From positions 1,667,879-1,731,878 of the forward strand of contig MU057801.1 of the NCBI GenBank assembly GCA_013265495.1: 64,000 nucleotides of DNA, in the 5' to 3' direction. Numbering within the stretch: position 1 is the stretch's first letter; the number at the start of each line of letters is the position of its first letter. The position numbers were made by a program, and so were the translations under genes. Shown here one piece after another: positions 50,126-63,489 of this stretch. This stretch comes from Vicugna vicugna. Taxonomy: Eukaryota. The notes under the pieces were generated by a model. It was not told the origin of the DNA, ran no database searches, and saw only the letters and a list, made by a program, of their open reading frames with translations.

Positions 50126-53100
50126 GGCCACAGGCTGCCTTTGAGGGTTGCTCGGGGTTTGCCTCCGAGTCTCAACACCTGCCACTCAGCCTCAGCTTCA
50201 AAGCGAGTCATAGGAGGAATTTGTCACTTTTGGGTCTTTTAATCTAAGAGTGTAGTTTGAGCTCAGATATAAAATCCGGTAATAAGGACATTATTATATC
50301 CATCTCTCAGCTCCATCCAACTTGCTGTCACCCCTCTTCTCATGTCCGTGATCGATGGGCTGACACACCATCGAGGAACTGCTGAGGTGAAGGGAAATGG
50401 GATCAGGGTCGAGCTAATCCTGCACTCAGTTGCCTCACACCTCCTGTTTCCATAAGTGAGAGTCACGAAGATAAACCAGGAAGATGAACAGATGTGGCCA
50501 CAGACCAAGGCCTAAATGCCTGAATAAATTCTGATGTATCTCATTTCTAGAGAAAAATAAGTAAAAAGAGTCAAAGAGGAGAAACATTTGTGACAAATAC
50601 AGTAACCACGGCCTTCGGTCAGGATCTGAACTGTTAATACATGGCGGTACCACGGCTGAAACTCCTCTGCTAACCCATCACAGCTCCTGTTTAAGGTTCC
50701 TAAGTCATTGGGTCCAAAGCCAGACCGTGTTCCCCTGGGTTTCCTGGACTGAAGACCTCTACACGGTGCCACCATTCTGAATTTCTCAGACCACAAAGGG
50801 GCTTCAGCTCTTCCCCTCAACACCCAGCCTGAAAGTGCACCTTGGGGCAGGCTCCCAGCTCAGCTGTGCAGATGGGCAACACCCATCCTTTCTGGAGTGA
50901 AGGGGGGATGGTGAGCAGTTTCTGAGAGACGGCAAAACTGACTGTAGGATGAAGGGCTGTCCGAGGGACCAGCTGTGACAAAGACGGGGAGGAGCCTGGA
51001 GAAGGAACGCGGCCAGCGGGTGCCGGTGAGGGGAAGGAGAGCAGGCGTAGACAGAGGCAGCGGTGATTTACAGGATGATGCATCAGCGACCCAGCGAAGG
51101 GGAAGCGCCTAGGTGAGCACTGCCGATGTCTGCCTTAGACCCACGAGGAAACTGAGGCTCAGGGGAACGGGGACTCAGCATGTGGCAGAGACAGACGGCA
51201 AGGGAGGGGCCGTCTGACCCCCGACACCCAGGACGGCGCCTCACACCGTCGTCCGCAGTGTCGTGCTGGGTGTTGGCACTGACTCGCCTGGATGGTGACA
51301 CGGAGCAGGGCGCGGAGGGCGGACGAGGAACCGCACAGGGGTTATCGTTTGAAGACGACCCCGCCGACCTTTTAGAAAGCCTGGAAAACCAGTTAAAATT
51401 TTAGAACCCAGATCAGGCAATATGGCTAAATATAAAACAAATACACGGAAACTATAGCTTTCCAAGTATAAGCAATAAGTTATTTGAAAACATGAGAAAA
51501 TATATGACTCTGCTAAAAGCAACGTTCACATGCTGAGGTCTGGGGGAGTCGTTCTGGCTCACACAGGAGTCAGCTTGAATTTGCCCCTTTGTGGCCTGTC
51601 AGACATACATGGTGCCTCTGCTTCATTAGTAGAGACAAGAGCACACTGACCAGAAGCAACGAATGTTCATGTTAAACATGAAGACTGACTGCCCCTCGTC
51701 CCGGGACGCCAGGGCTGGACTCCTGCGACGAGACTCCGTCCCCAGGTGTCGAGGCCACACTGACTCACAGTGCACATGCTGGGGTTTTTTGAAACCTTGG
51801 AGAAGTGTGTCCGTGACTTGTTGAATGTTCTTTGTTCTGAAGAGATGTAAAACTGTGCTGAAAACCCTGCTTCTCTGGAGAAGCCTGTCAGGTTAACCTG
51901 CAAAGCAGGCTTCCGGGCTCTAGCCCTCAGCTTGGCTCAAATAAAACTCTTTTCTATTCCTATTACTGATTGATTATTTTCAATGACAAGTTGCATAAGC
52001 AAAAATGAAAAAAAAAAACAAACCCCAAAACAGAGAAATGGCTTTAAGAATAAACGTGCAAAAACATCACATCTGCACCCCAAGATTTCCCTGGAGATCT
52101 TAAAACTAGAAAGATGTGCCACGTGGCACGGCAGGTGATGGGTTCTGGCATCATGTCAGTTTTTTCCCAAACAACTGCCTCAGCTTAATACCTTTCATCA
52201 AACTTTTGAAGGCTTTTCCTTTGAAAGGGTCAAAGAGATTTTTCTGGAAGGATAACCAGGCAAAAAGAGCCAGGATTTTACAAAAGCAGAGGAAGCAGAC
52301 CCCTGAGAGAGGCTCCTGGGAGTGGCTACAGAGTGCACACTAGCAGGAGCTACACTCTGCGACTCACCTGCATAGCTGATCCCTGTGAACACTCTGCCGT
52401 CTTTCCTGAGCTGCCACACTTCCCTTCCTCCAAGAGCCTCATGCAGAAGGGACCACAACTTTCCCCTCTCAGCAGAGGCCAGAGGGCTGAGTGCCTCTTC
52501 ACGAAGGCACACACCTGATGGCAGGCTTTGCACAGCGCCCTGTAATTCCTCAGCGCTCGCCTGCCTCCCGCCGTGCTGTGAGCTGCCAGAACCAGGCAGC
52601 AATGGCGGGTCATGATGACGGGCGCCCTGGACCGAGTGTGTGCTGGAGGGGGCGCCCCTGTCCCGGAGCACCGCGCTCTTCAGGGACGGGTGATGAGTGC
52701 TTGCTTGGCCACTTCAGGCAAAGAGAACGAACAGCCTCACACGACGTGACTGACCGAAGTAGATTCCACCTGGATGAAGGAACTAAATAGATAGAGTAAT
52801 TTTTTTTTTTTTAGTTTACGATACAGAAAAATACATGAAAGCGTAGATGTTCTGATGGGAGAAGGGCTTTCTATACATGAAAGAAATCACAAGGGGAACG
52901 TAATAGGGGGATTTGAGTACCTGAAATGTCAGAATACTTTCGCTAAATTAGAACATCTTAAATTGGTTAACATTGCAATCAAAGTATAAGCTTAATGTGG
53001 AAAACGCCCACGTTTTGTGAAGGGAGCTTAGTAACAGATCAGGAGCTGATGGGAAGTTCTTGTTCTGTGACCCCCTAAGTCTTGTTCAAAGACTTTATTC

Positions 53101-53357
53101 CAAGGAAAAGCATCAGCAGAGGCCACGCTGCCAGGCCGTCCCCGGAAGCCGCCTCTGTCACAGCCGACGGCACGCGGCCACCTCGTGGAGGAACAGACTC
53201 AACAGAAGGGCTCAGCCGCCTGCGTCTCTGTGAGTCACAGCGACGCGGGGAGCTCTCGGGACAGAAGTGTGTGCGCGTCTGTGAGTAACTGTCAGATCGC
53301 GCGTTAGCCGTTCACAGATGGCACCAGGAGGCAGGGGTCTCCAGATTGCCTATCGTA

Positions 53358-53548
53358 CATTTATTTGTTTATTTGAGTTATTTATTTTTAAATTTTGTCC
53401 ATTTATTTATTTGTTTATTTTTTTGGAGGCAGGAGGGAGGTAATTAGGTTTATTTATTTATTTGTTTTTGGAGGAGGCACTGGGGTTTGAACCCAGGACC
53501 TCGTGCATGTTAAACATGTACTCTACCACTTGTGCTACGCCCTCCCCC
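53358..53548 (-). mobile_element. Camelid tRNA-derived SINE (vic-1-like)
   Basis: Minus-strand head gggggagggcgtagcacaagtggtagagtacatg...gaggtcctgggttcaaaccccag has an A box (tagcacaagtgg) and a B box (ggttcaaacc), then aataaacctaattacctccc and an (AAAT)n tail. Confidence 0.9.
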
Positions 53549-56500
53549 AGGACTTTTATTTACTTTTCAATTTTACTTATTTTTTAAAATGTCTGCAATA
53601 TTTGATTTTGTGTAATGAAAAGAAGCCACAGTTATGATTAGAAAAAGAGAAAAAGTTAACGGTGGGTTTAAAATGACATCAAACACAGCCACATGGTTAT
53701 AATGCTTGCTTACCTGTCCAGACATGAAAGTAAATGGATCCCCCAAAATCATGGTCATTATCTGAGGGAAAGCACTATAGGCAATTTTTTAAATCAATTT
53801 TTATACCTTTTTACCAATGTTTCCTTTCTACCAGTTCTTACGCTTTTCAAAAATCTAAAATGTTTTATCTCATTTTTCTCACAAGAAAGAAAAAAAATCA
53901 ACAAGGTGCTTTTACATAAAACAAATCTCAAAGGAGTTCTGCCCCCTGCGTCCTGCCGGCAGAGCTCAGGCTGTTATTTTACTGCAGGTGGAGACAGGCT
54001 GTTTCACGTCCTGGGGTCTGGTTCAAATTATACAGAAGCCGGCCCGCTTCTGTGGGTAAGTGTCTCCTGTGGACTTCCAGGTGGGGGCGGGAGGAGGCGG
54101 GCAGGCGAGGAAGGCAGGGGAGCCGGCCCCTGGGCCTCACCACCTCCTGCAGCCGCGGTGGAAGATGGGCTATTCCCTGTTCCCCGGAGGCCCGGAGGCA
54201 GAGGCCAGCCGTGGCCGGGCAGAGCTGCCAGGGCCGCTCCCGGCTCAGACGGACGTCACCAGAACGTCTGGAGCCCGATACCAGAAGCCTGACCCCGGGA
54301 GAAGCTTCTGGATGGGAGCAGCAGAATGTTTCCTACACCAGGGTGTAAGTGCGTGTTGCTGGCAGCATCCAGCTTGGAAGGTGAGAAGGATTTAAAGGCT
54401 ATCGTGATGGAAAACGCGTTGCTGAAAATGTTAACACTGAGGTTCGTGTTTGAGAACATAACTGGTTGCCTCCAATGGCTGCCAGTTCCCCTCCTGCCAC
54501 TGAAGCCGGCAGGGAGTGGCGCTGCCTGTGGGGCCCTGTGAACGGCCAAGCGCCGCGGGGACAGTGGCGCCGCTCAGGGGAAGCGGGGGTCCCGCTGGCC
54601 GCGCCGCTCCGCAGATCTGACCCCCTTCCCTGCGGAACGTGTTTTCCTGCCTCTTCGCAGCCAGGACTTCACACCGGCTTTCCTTTTCACACCATGTGCA
54701 TTCCTGCCTTTAGCGTGTGGGTGTCAAACCTCAGAGTCAGTAGGTGGTCGTGGACTCGTGCCCCGAACACTGTAAGGAGAGCAGGTGTGGGGTTTGCACA
54801 ACTCAAGACAGGATCTGTCAGCGCCAGATACAGAAGCTTCCAGATTGCAGAGTGAGCACCACCTGGGCCACTGAACACCCCCCCACACACCCCCAACCCC
54901 GGCGCCTTGCGGGGCCGGAACAGGACTGACGGCCACTGGCTGCTGTACCCGGGGTGGGGGGCTCCTCCCATACCCAGAGGACTGAGCCGTGTTCGGAGGA
55001 CCGAGCGGCAGCCACAGCGGGGCAGAAGCTCTCCCCGACGTACCACCCACTGACCGCGCCAGCCCTATTCTGCCCTCACGGCGGTGCCGTCCGCAGCCCT
55101 CCAGGCCCCCCAGCTCAGAAGCCCGGCCAGGTCTCCGCGCCTCCTGAGCCCCACTGGGAAGCAGCTGTTCCCTTGGGATTTGCTCGCGAGTGGCCCAAGC
55201 AAATGTTGTCTTTTGCTTTCTAGAGTCAGTCGGGTGACAGCTCCAAGCTACAGACTTATATTTCAAGCCCCATCTACGTGACACTTGTCTCTTCTGTAGG
55301 TGATTAGAAGAGGGGTGAGAAGAGCTGTCTAGAACCCCCAGTGCCCAGAGAACAGAGCCCCAGCGGTCAACCTGGGGAGAGAAATGGTTAAACAGCAAAT
55401 TACCCTCCAACGAACGCACGGAGTATTTTAAGCACTGCCATCCGTCATAAACCCCTTCCGCGCGCCTGCGAAGTGACAGAAAGCACAGGCTGATCTACTT
55501 CCCGCGAAAACTGCAGCAAAATTAACAGTGAGGTGGGGATAAGTGATCGTGGACTTCAGCACAGCTGACAACAGCTCTCTCCTCCAAGGGTGGGTTTCAC
55601 ACAACTTGGTGCGCGTGAAGTACACAGGGGCCTTTTGACACCTGCAGGCCCAGGGCCCTCCCCAGCCCACTGAGATGGCCGTCTGTTTACCTTCCAAGCG
55701 ATCTGATCGCTCTACAAGGCGAGTGATGGGAGGATGTCACCCCACTGGCGTCCGACCTGAGGCTGGGGGAGGGAGGGGAGCTGCAGTGTTAGGGGTCAGG
55801 GCCCCACGCCAGCCCAGCCAGGTGCAGAGCATGGGCGCTGGAACCTGTCTCCGCTTTGTACAGCCATCCTGTGCTCCAGCAGCTCCAGAGTCCTGGCAGA
55901 CCCCCTCCAGGACCCTCGAGAGTCTCTCCCATCACCCCCGGGGGGAGCTCTGGACTGTTCCGGGTGACGGCGGATACACGTGACACTCGATCACTTCTCT
56001 CTCATCCACCCGCCTCCAGCCCTAGAGGCTTCCATGGGGGGCAAGGACTGAGTTTTCCATTTCTATGTTCTCTGTACCCTTTGGGTTAGATACGGATTGA
56101 GATCCACTGAATACTTTTAAGAGAGTGGGTGGGTGAATTAATCAAGCAACAGAAATATTCACCTGGCGTTTTAGCAACTCGTTTCAATTCAACGAATATT
56201 TATTCAGTGCTTCCTGGGGACCAGGCCCCCCCCCCCGCCTTTCAGTGCAGGCTCTGAGGCTCTAAAGAAAACCAAGAGAGAGGCCCTGCTCATCGATGGT
56301 GCCCCAGTCTCCTTGAGGACCTCTCCGTGCCGAGCTCCTCCGCTGCCCTGTGAGAAGCACGTTCACTTCTGAGTCTGTCTTCAGGTTCTCTCGCGCACAC
56401 TGCCTTTGCTTCTGACTTGCTTCTGCAATGAAGGCTCTGGATACAGAGGAGCAAATTGTGTGAAGGCAGAGCTGGCCCCTGTGCGCGGGCGCTGAAAGAT

Positions 56501-59500
56501 GCCGAGTTTGGCACATGTGTTTCACACCAGCGCTGCCTCCAGGAGTCGCCCTCCAACGGGGCTGCCTTTTGAGAGGGGAGTACTTCCTCAGAGAGGAATA
56601 GAATTTAATAGAAACATTCCTTGCTCCACCCTCCACCCCCCAAAACAAACTGACACCGAAGGCAAAAATCCTGGTCTCAGATTGTCTATAAAACTGGCTG
56701 TTCCAATATCTGAACTTGCAGAATCACCTTCCAATTAATTTGGAAAGTGGACTGAAAACATGTCCAAAGTTTTGCCCTGAATCAGCCAGCCAACAACCAC
56801 TTCTGTGCCCAGAACAGGCCTGGTACTGTATACTTAGGTTTTATTTCTCTGGAGCAAAGAAAAAAAAGAAAAAAATGAAGTCTACAAAGTTGCCGCCCGG
56901 GTCCGGACCCCACGTGCAGGCGGCTGCGGCTCCTTCATGGGTGACGCACGCCCTCCCCCTCCTGCAGGACAGGCGCCTTGTCTTTTCTTAACAGAGCTCT
57001 GCCACAAGCCTGCAGGCGGTAGAGGAATTCTCATTTGAGGATTTTCCAAAGGTCTCGCTCCAGATTCGCCCCGTGAAACCGTATGACAGCCGGAAATTTC
57101 CCTGGCCACAGCTTCGAAGAAACGCCTGTGTCAGAATTCCTTGCGTCTTGCTTATGACCTGCCTTCCCTGCCAGCAGAAGTTTCCAAAAAAGCCAAATGC
57201 CACCAGCTCTGCAGTGCAGGAAAGAGGGCCTGGTCAGCAGAGGTCTGGGTGTGACTCCGTCTTTTCTCCCATAAGGAGGAGGAGGCCACCTGGCGTCACA
57301 CGCTCGTGTCCTCACGGACTCGGAGCCTGTCTGCAAGCAGCGCACCCAGGAAATCCCAAGTCTGGGGTCACAGCAGCGGGGAGGGCCCTGACCTGCGATG
57401 ACATTTAACGTCTAAGAAAATCTACCAATGGAAACTGGACTTGGGTCACTTCAACAATAGTGATGTAGCTTGAGGTTAGATGAGCAGCGCTGACATCTTG
57501 GTAACACATGAACACAACCCACGTACAGCTGACAGCACGCGGCACCGCGGTTCACGGTAGTTGTGACTTCTGCACATTTTATGTGGAAAAACTCCGCAGT
57601 GCTTGGTGCTCATCTGATCCGCTGGGAGAGCCCCGTGAACAAGGGTGCGGGCGGTGTGACAGGTGCCCACAAGGGCAGGGATTCAGGGGCAGCAAAAGTG
57701 CCTTCAGTAATCTGTCTTACAATCAGCGCCTAGGAGTGGCTTTTGTTCGCCTTACAACAGTCCGCGCCTGTGTCAGAGCTCGGGCACCGTGTGCTTTAAG
57801 TGCGCGGTCTGCATCGGTGCTCATGAGCCGTAATGAAGCATAATCTACAGTGTTGTATTTTACTTTTGTTTTCGTTCTCTTTTATTTCCTGAAATGTTAG
57901 CTGTGCCCATAGGGAAAAAAAAAGTGAGTTTTCTCAGTGAGACTTCGTGGCAACAGAACCACTTCTTTGGGGACAGTTTTATTAAACACAGGACAGTGTT
58001 TGGATGATCAGTTAATGCTAATCTAAAGGATGCTGTCTGTGCAGATGCCTCCTGTTCCAGCACTAACAGTCCCTCTTCTCCACGCAGTGACCAGTTGGTG
58101 CTCCAGCTCACACCTAACTCTGCTGCGATGGGTTTTCCAAAGAAAATGGGACACATACTTCATATTTATTTATTAGCTTTTAACTCATCAGTCAAATGTA
58201 GCTTAAAAATACTATAATACACTCAACTGACAAGAAAAAAATTTTTTCATTTGTCTGAGAAAAGCAAACAAAGCAATATTTTCCTTAAACTCTTTAAAAT
58301 TTCTTCAGTAATTTACATTTTTGAGAAACCACTTTCTTCTAGATTTTTAAAATAATATAAACATGTATGTGCTACCGAAATATGCTAAGCTTGAACATAA
58401 ATCATATTTATTTTTCTTTCTGTGGTTCTGAGCTCACTTTGTGGGCAACATAATTTTGGGGAACTCATGCATATGGTATAGAAAATACTTTTTAAATCAA
58501 TCTTTTTGTTTTCAAATTAATACATGAATTATTCAGTGTAAACATTTAAAAAAAGATATAAAATCTAGGGTGAGTGTAGTTTTTGTAACCCAGCAGCTCT
58601 GCTGGGTTGACTTCCCAAGCTATATTTTAAATTCTGTGCCCTCCCAAGCCCAGAGCGCTACCTTCGGCTTCTGGCTCCAAACACGCCCCCCAGGAAGCAA
58701 GACACTGAGTCTGAGAGTGGACGTGCAAGAGCCGAAGGTCCGGTGTTGAGAACATTTAGAAATTGTGAAAGCAAGCAGTCGGACGTGATTTGTGTCCACG
58801 CGTATCCACGTGCATGTCCTCTGTGACAAGGATGGTAGAAAGTCAGAGTGGAGCCTGGGTTCTGAACAAGAGCAGATTTGGTTACGGTTTCGCTCCCCTC
58901 GTGTTTGAGACTTTTTTCCGTCACAGTCTCGCAAAGATGCCCCAGGCGATGTCTCCTCCTGCCCAGCTGACGCCTTAGCCTGCTGCTCTGGGGTGTATGG
59001 CCGGGATGGGAACAGCGGTAGGAAGAGGGAGATACAAAATGCAACCACCCTCTTCCTCCCGAAAGAGTGCAGAGTTACTCCTGCAATTTCAGCAACATGG
59101 TGTTTCAAAACAGTATTTTTAAGCTGAAAGAGGCCGTTTGTGTTCGAGACTGTGTGTAAATCCGGGGCTGGCTGCCCAGTCCTTTATGTGGAAACAGATG
59201 AGCAGGTTCACCCGTGGGGGCTGGACCCTCTCCAGGACGCCAGCCAGCAACCCCCCCCCAACACAGGCTTCAGGAAAACAGAAAGGCGGCCTGGGTGGCG
59301 CCTGAGGGGAAGCTGGGGGGCAAACCTGCTCTTGTTTCCTTGATGACACTGTCTCCACGTTCAGGTGAGAGGATCCAATTCCATCTCTCATTCGCTTCGG
59401 GGGAGGTGTCGGAACCACGGCAAACAGAAAGAGCCTGGCCCCTCCACCTGCCCGGCTCCGAGAAGGAACTGCTGGACCTTCCCTGTGCTCCGTCTCGCTT

Positions 59501-60408
59501 TGCGCCATCCGCACACGGAGTCCCCACCGCACCCCACGGCACACCGCGTGGGCCGAGCCCTGCGCCAGTTTTCCTGCAGCAATTTCAGTGTGTTATTAGG
59601 TTCTCTGCTTCGCGTCACTAGTGATTTAACTTCACTCTGGTCTCTGAAATGTTCCAGTTCGATAAAGTAAGTAAATTAATAAAACCTGAAGTGCTCCCCA
59701 GCCGGGCAGACACCTTTCGGGCGCGGCTCTTTCACTGCGGATGTATGTAACCCGGCCACCTGCGGTCGTAAAGATTTACTGTGAGCCTGAGGAATAAGCC
59801 CTGTTAATGTGTGCAATGAGCGTTCAAGTTGTGACTCTGTAAGCCGTGGAGGTTTCTAATACGCTGAAGCCACCTTGACGGCGAGCCAAGCCGTGCGCGT
59901 CTGGACTGGAGCCCTGTCTGGACGCGCGCTCAGCTGTGGTGCTGGGCTGTGCCCTCCCCGGCTGCCTGTGGTTTCACTGCAGATGTTCGCAAAGGTCAGG
60001 GAGGAATTTTTTTCCTTCATCCCCAACCTCATCTCAGAAGAGCTGGAGGTGGAGGAACTGTTGACCAAAAGTTGAAGTGGAAATTTTTAAGATGACAAAT
60101 AAAGGCTGATGGCCGCGCAGGGTAGCGCCAGCCCGGGGCGCAGTGAATGGGGCGTCTGTGTGCGCCCGCCTGGCGGCAGCCGGCTGCCGGGCGCTGCCCG
60201 AGCTCCCGGGGGGAGACAGCCGCGGGGAGCAGCGGCCGGGGGTCCCCAGCGGCCGCTTCCGGCCCCGCCCCTGCCCTCTCGCCTTTCCTCAGCTCGTGAA
60301 GCTCCTCTTGTCGCTCATGTGTGTATGCATTTTTTAAGTGAATACCTGCCCTTCGTGGGGACGAGAAAGGGCTCAGAACAGCAGCATGAGGCGGTGTCAG
60401 GAGTCTCG

Positions 60409-60554
60409 CAGTGTTTTTCTCAACCGGGACCGCACGAGGATCGCCTGGGGAACCTTCACAGACGGCAGAAATTCCCCCGGCGCTGCCTGGACTTTCCTTT
60501 TCCTCAAAAGATCCCCAAGTGATTGTGACGCGTGTTCCTGGTCACCAACTGCTG
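60409..60554. mobile_element. MER5-like hAT-Charlie MITE
   Basis: cagtgtttttctcaacc...gatcgcctggggaacctt...aaagatccccaagtgattgtgacgcg...accaactgctg. Confidence 0.55.
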
Positions 60555-61149
60555 GCCCAAGCCTCAGTCCTAGTTCTGACCCCAGAATTAGGGAATGGCT
60601 AAAAAACAAACAAACAAAAAGAGGCCTTTCGTAGAAAGTCTGAAAAGAAGTAACATTTGTCTGCGCCCCAGAACGCGGCAACACCTGGGTGCCCTGTGAG
60701 ATGCCTCGTTACTTAATCCTGACAGCTCTCAGCAGACGACCTCGTATGTGGTTCTCTCTACATCATCAACGTTGTAAGAGGGTTTGACATCTACCCCAAA
60801 TGTGCAATTGGAGTAGAACGTCAGGTCTCCTGTAGGCCTGACTGACACCAGGAAAGTTCTAAGGAACTTCCTGTGAGTCTATGTGTGACTTTTTTTTTTA
60901 AACATTTTTTATTGATTTATAATAATTTTACAATGTTGTGTTATAGGTAACGTTTGACTGAACCACAGTTTTCTCAGACAGTTATTGTCAATAAGGCAGA
61001 GTTCTGGATTTGGAGACATCTGTTTGTGGTTGGACACCAGGACCCTCAGTCTCCTTTCCAAACCTGCCTGAAGTCCACGCATCCTTCCCGCTTCACCGCT
61101 GCCCCTACCAGCCCACAGCCGTGCTCTCCAGAGCCAATCACACCAGCAT

Positions 61150-61665
61150 CTTCTGCACCCTCTCCCGAATCCGGCCCCTCCGTGAGCTAAGTCACTACCT
61201 CACCTTGGCTTCCATGTAAAACCCTTCACTGCCTTCCCGGGGCACTGCACGCAAAATCCAAGCGCCTCCCCAGGCCCGGGCCCTGTCAGATGGTCCTGAC
61301 CCCGCGTGACTGGCTCTCCGACCTCACTCACCAGGTACCTTCCTCTCGCTTCTGACACCGCTGCTCCGCCAGCCAGCATGTCTCTGACTAACACGACCCT
61401 CCTCTGGAGTCACGGAACTGAATTTCCAATGCAGCCTCTCCCTCGCCTCCCTCGGTCTCAGCCTGTTGCTCATGCCTTCATAGCGATTAATGTTTGCAAG
61501 CCTCTGTTGCATTTTGTCTGTTTAACTGCTCCAAGCCTACTCCTTCCCTTAGAATGGAAGGCAGGGCCCAATGAGGGCAGGGCCCAAGATGCTGGCTTTT
61601 ACCCACAGGGTCTAGAGCGTGACTGGCACAGACTGAAGTGCTGGAGAAATACTGGTCAGCTGATG
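61150..61665 (+). mobile_element. L2 3' fragment
   Basis: aaaacccttcactgccttccc...aaaatccaagc; tagaatggaaggcaggg...cagggtctagagcgtgactggcacag. Confidence 0.6.
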
Positions 61666-61767
61666 GGAGAAACAGAAGAAAATAACCTCTCTTCTTTCCT
61701 GGCCCTTAACTTAAACCCATCTTTTCTTTTTCCTTCTCCCTTTCACAGCTGCTGCCTGCCGATGTTA

Positions 61768-61872
61768 CTTTTTTTTTAATTGACGTCTAGTTGGTTACAA
61801 TGTGTCAGTTTCTGGCCGCAGCACCACGTCCCAGTCACGCACGTGCATATGAATATTTGTCTTCATATTCTA
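61768..61872 (-). mobile_element. Very short camelid L1 3' end
   Basis: ttttttttaattgacgtctagttggttacaatgtgtcagtttctgg...tcttcatattct. Confidence 0.7.
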
Positions 61873-62084
61873 AACCCGTCTTTGTTCTGCTCCTCGGTGC
61901 CACTGAGGTGGAGTCCAGGTGGCAACCTCCACTAACCTCCTCCTGGAGGGAGCTTCGGCCCTTTCTTAATTCACATGTGGACACTGGAACCAGGAAAGAG
62001 ACTCCAGGTGGGATCTTATCTGGGGAAAATGGCCCCAGGAACCAGACTGAGCTAAAGGCGCTGCACGCTGTGCTAACCATGGAC

Positions 62085-62680
62085 CCCTTCAGGCCTCACA
62101 ACAGTGCAGCAGACTAGGAGCCACGGTTATTCCAATGCTAGGCATTTACAAACTGGGGCTCAGAAAGGAAAGGTGCTCCCCCCGGCCACCCAGCTAATAC
62201 GTGTTGGAAACAGCGGCTCTTCCGCCATGACCCACGTCTCCATGCTCTTCAGGAGAGTGCGGCTTTTGGTGTATGCGCCCCGAGATTGGCGAGGATGCCA
62301 AGACTGAGTTTTACTTGGTTGTGACACCTTGAAGGCTGATACTAAAAACGCTGGCTGCTCCAAATCTTCTCTACCCTGTGCGTATACAATTGTGTATTTT
62401 TAAACCAAAATAAAGAATTTTGCATTTATGTCCTTTGAAGAGTCTCACATTTACCTCAGTGACTCTTTCCTCGGCCTTCTAAATGTCAGTGAATGTTTAG
62501 CGGGACAAGGGCACATCCAGGTTCAAACCTCAGTCCACAGTGGAGGGCTGTGTGGCCCTGGGCAAGTGACTGAACCTTTCTGAAGGCGGATTTCCTCCCC
62601 GTGAGGCATCTCCTCGTGTGGCATCGTGTGAGGGCTGAGAGGAAGGTACTTGTGAAACACGTTGCCCTGCACTTTACACG
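62085..62680. mobile_element. Two MIR fragments (minus ~62085-62260, plus ~62510-62680)
   Basis: Minus fragment: aaactggggctcagaaaggaaagg...ccacccagctaat. Plus fragment: caggttcaaacctcag...gctgtgtggccctgggcaagtgactgaacctttctga. Confidence 0.7.
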
Positions 62681-63489
62681 CAGCGCCCCCGATGTCTCTT
62701 GCCGACACACGAGCTAGCTCTACAGCTGGGTATCTGAGCATCGCACACAGCAGACTCTAGGTCTGTGGTCTGTGAGCCATTCGTCAGGTGAACTGCTCCC
62801 AGAGGCAACAGGCTTCCCAGGGGAGCCGGCACTTTCCCTGCATACTTCCCTTCACCTAGGGGGTCAGCTGACACAGCCTTGTGATCAAAGGCACCCTGAT
62901 CTGTAGGGGCAGGAGCGTCACTGCCCGACCACAGCCAGGTGCTTTCTCTGGGTGGTGTAAATGGCAGTACACTCTGTCTTAAGCCCCTTGGCCATCTGAA
63001 TCAGCACTGCATGAAACATGATAAAACAAGTGTGTCCATCAATGTGAACAGGAAGCTCAGAGCTGGGAGAAGTGAAAAACCACGAGCTTGTCTTCCACGT
63101 CCAGAAGTGACCTCTTGCACAGGACAGTCAGCTGCTATTACCCAAGACTTTGAAAAACATGAAAATGGCTCCGCAGCGGGAGGGCTCCCTGCAGACTGCC
63201 TGGTGCTTCTAACCCCCAACAGGACGTGACCACTACCCAAGGATCCGGCTGTAAATGCCTGGGAAGGCTACTCCATTCGCAGTGAATAATTTGCCCGATT
63301 CATTCATAATTATTCACTGTCAACTGGGCAAATTCGGGTAAGTAAGCTCTGATGGAAGGGATGAGTCGTCCTAGGAAGAAAGCAATCAGCGAATCAAAAA
63401 GGCAGGGGAAGAGCCTGGACTTGCGAAGCCATAGCCAGTCTGGGCGTAAGACGGCTCAGAACAGACTGCCCATGGTCCAGTGTGCATCT

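Noticed and set aside
53175..53188. CTCF-like motif cggccacctcgtgg
   Set aside because: A single imperfect match (two core mismatches), which is expected by chance in GC-rich DNA.
53470..53548. tRNA gene
   Set aside because: It is the tRNA-derived head of a SINE, followed by the SINE body and an AT-rich tail.
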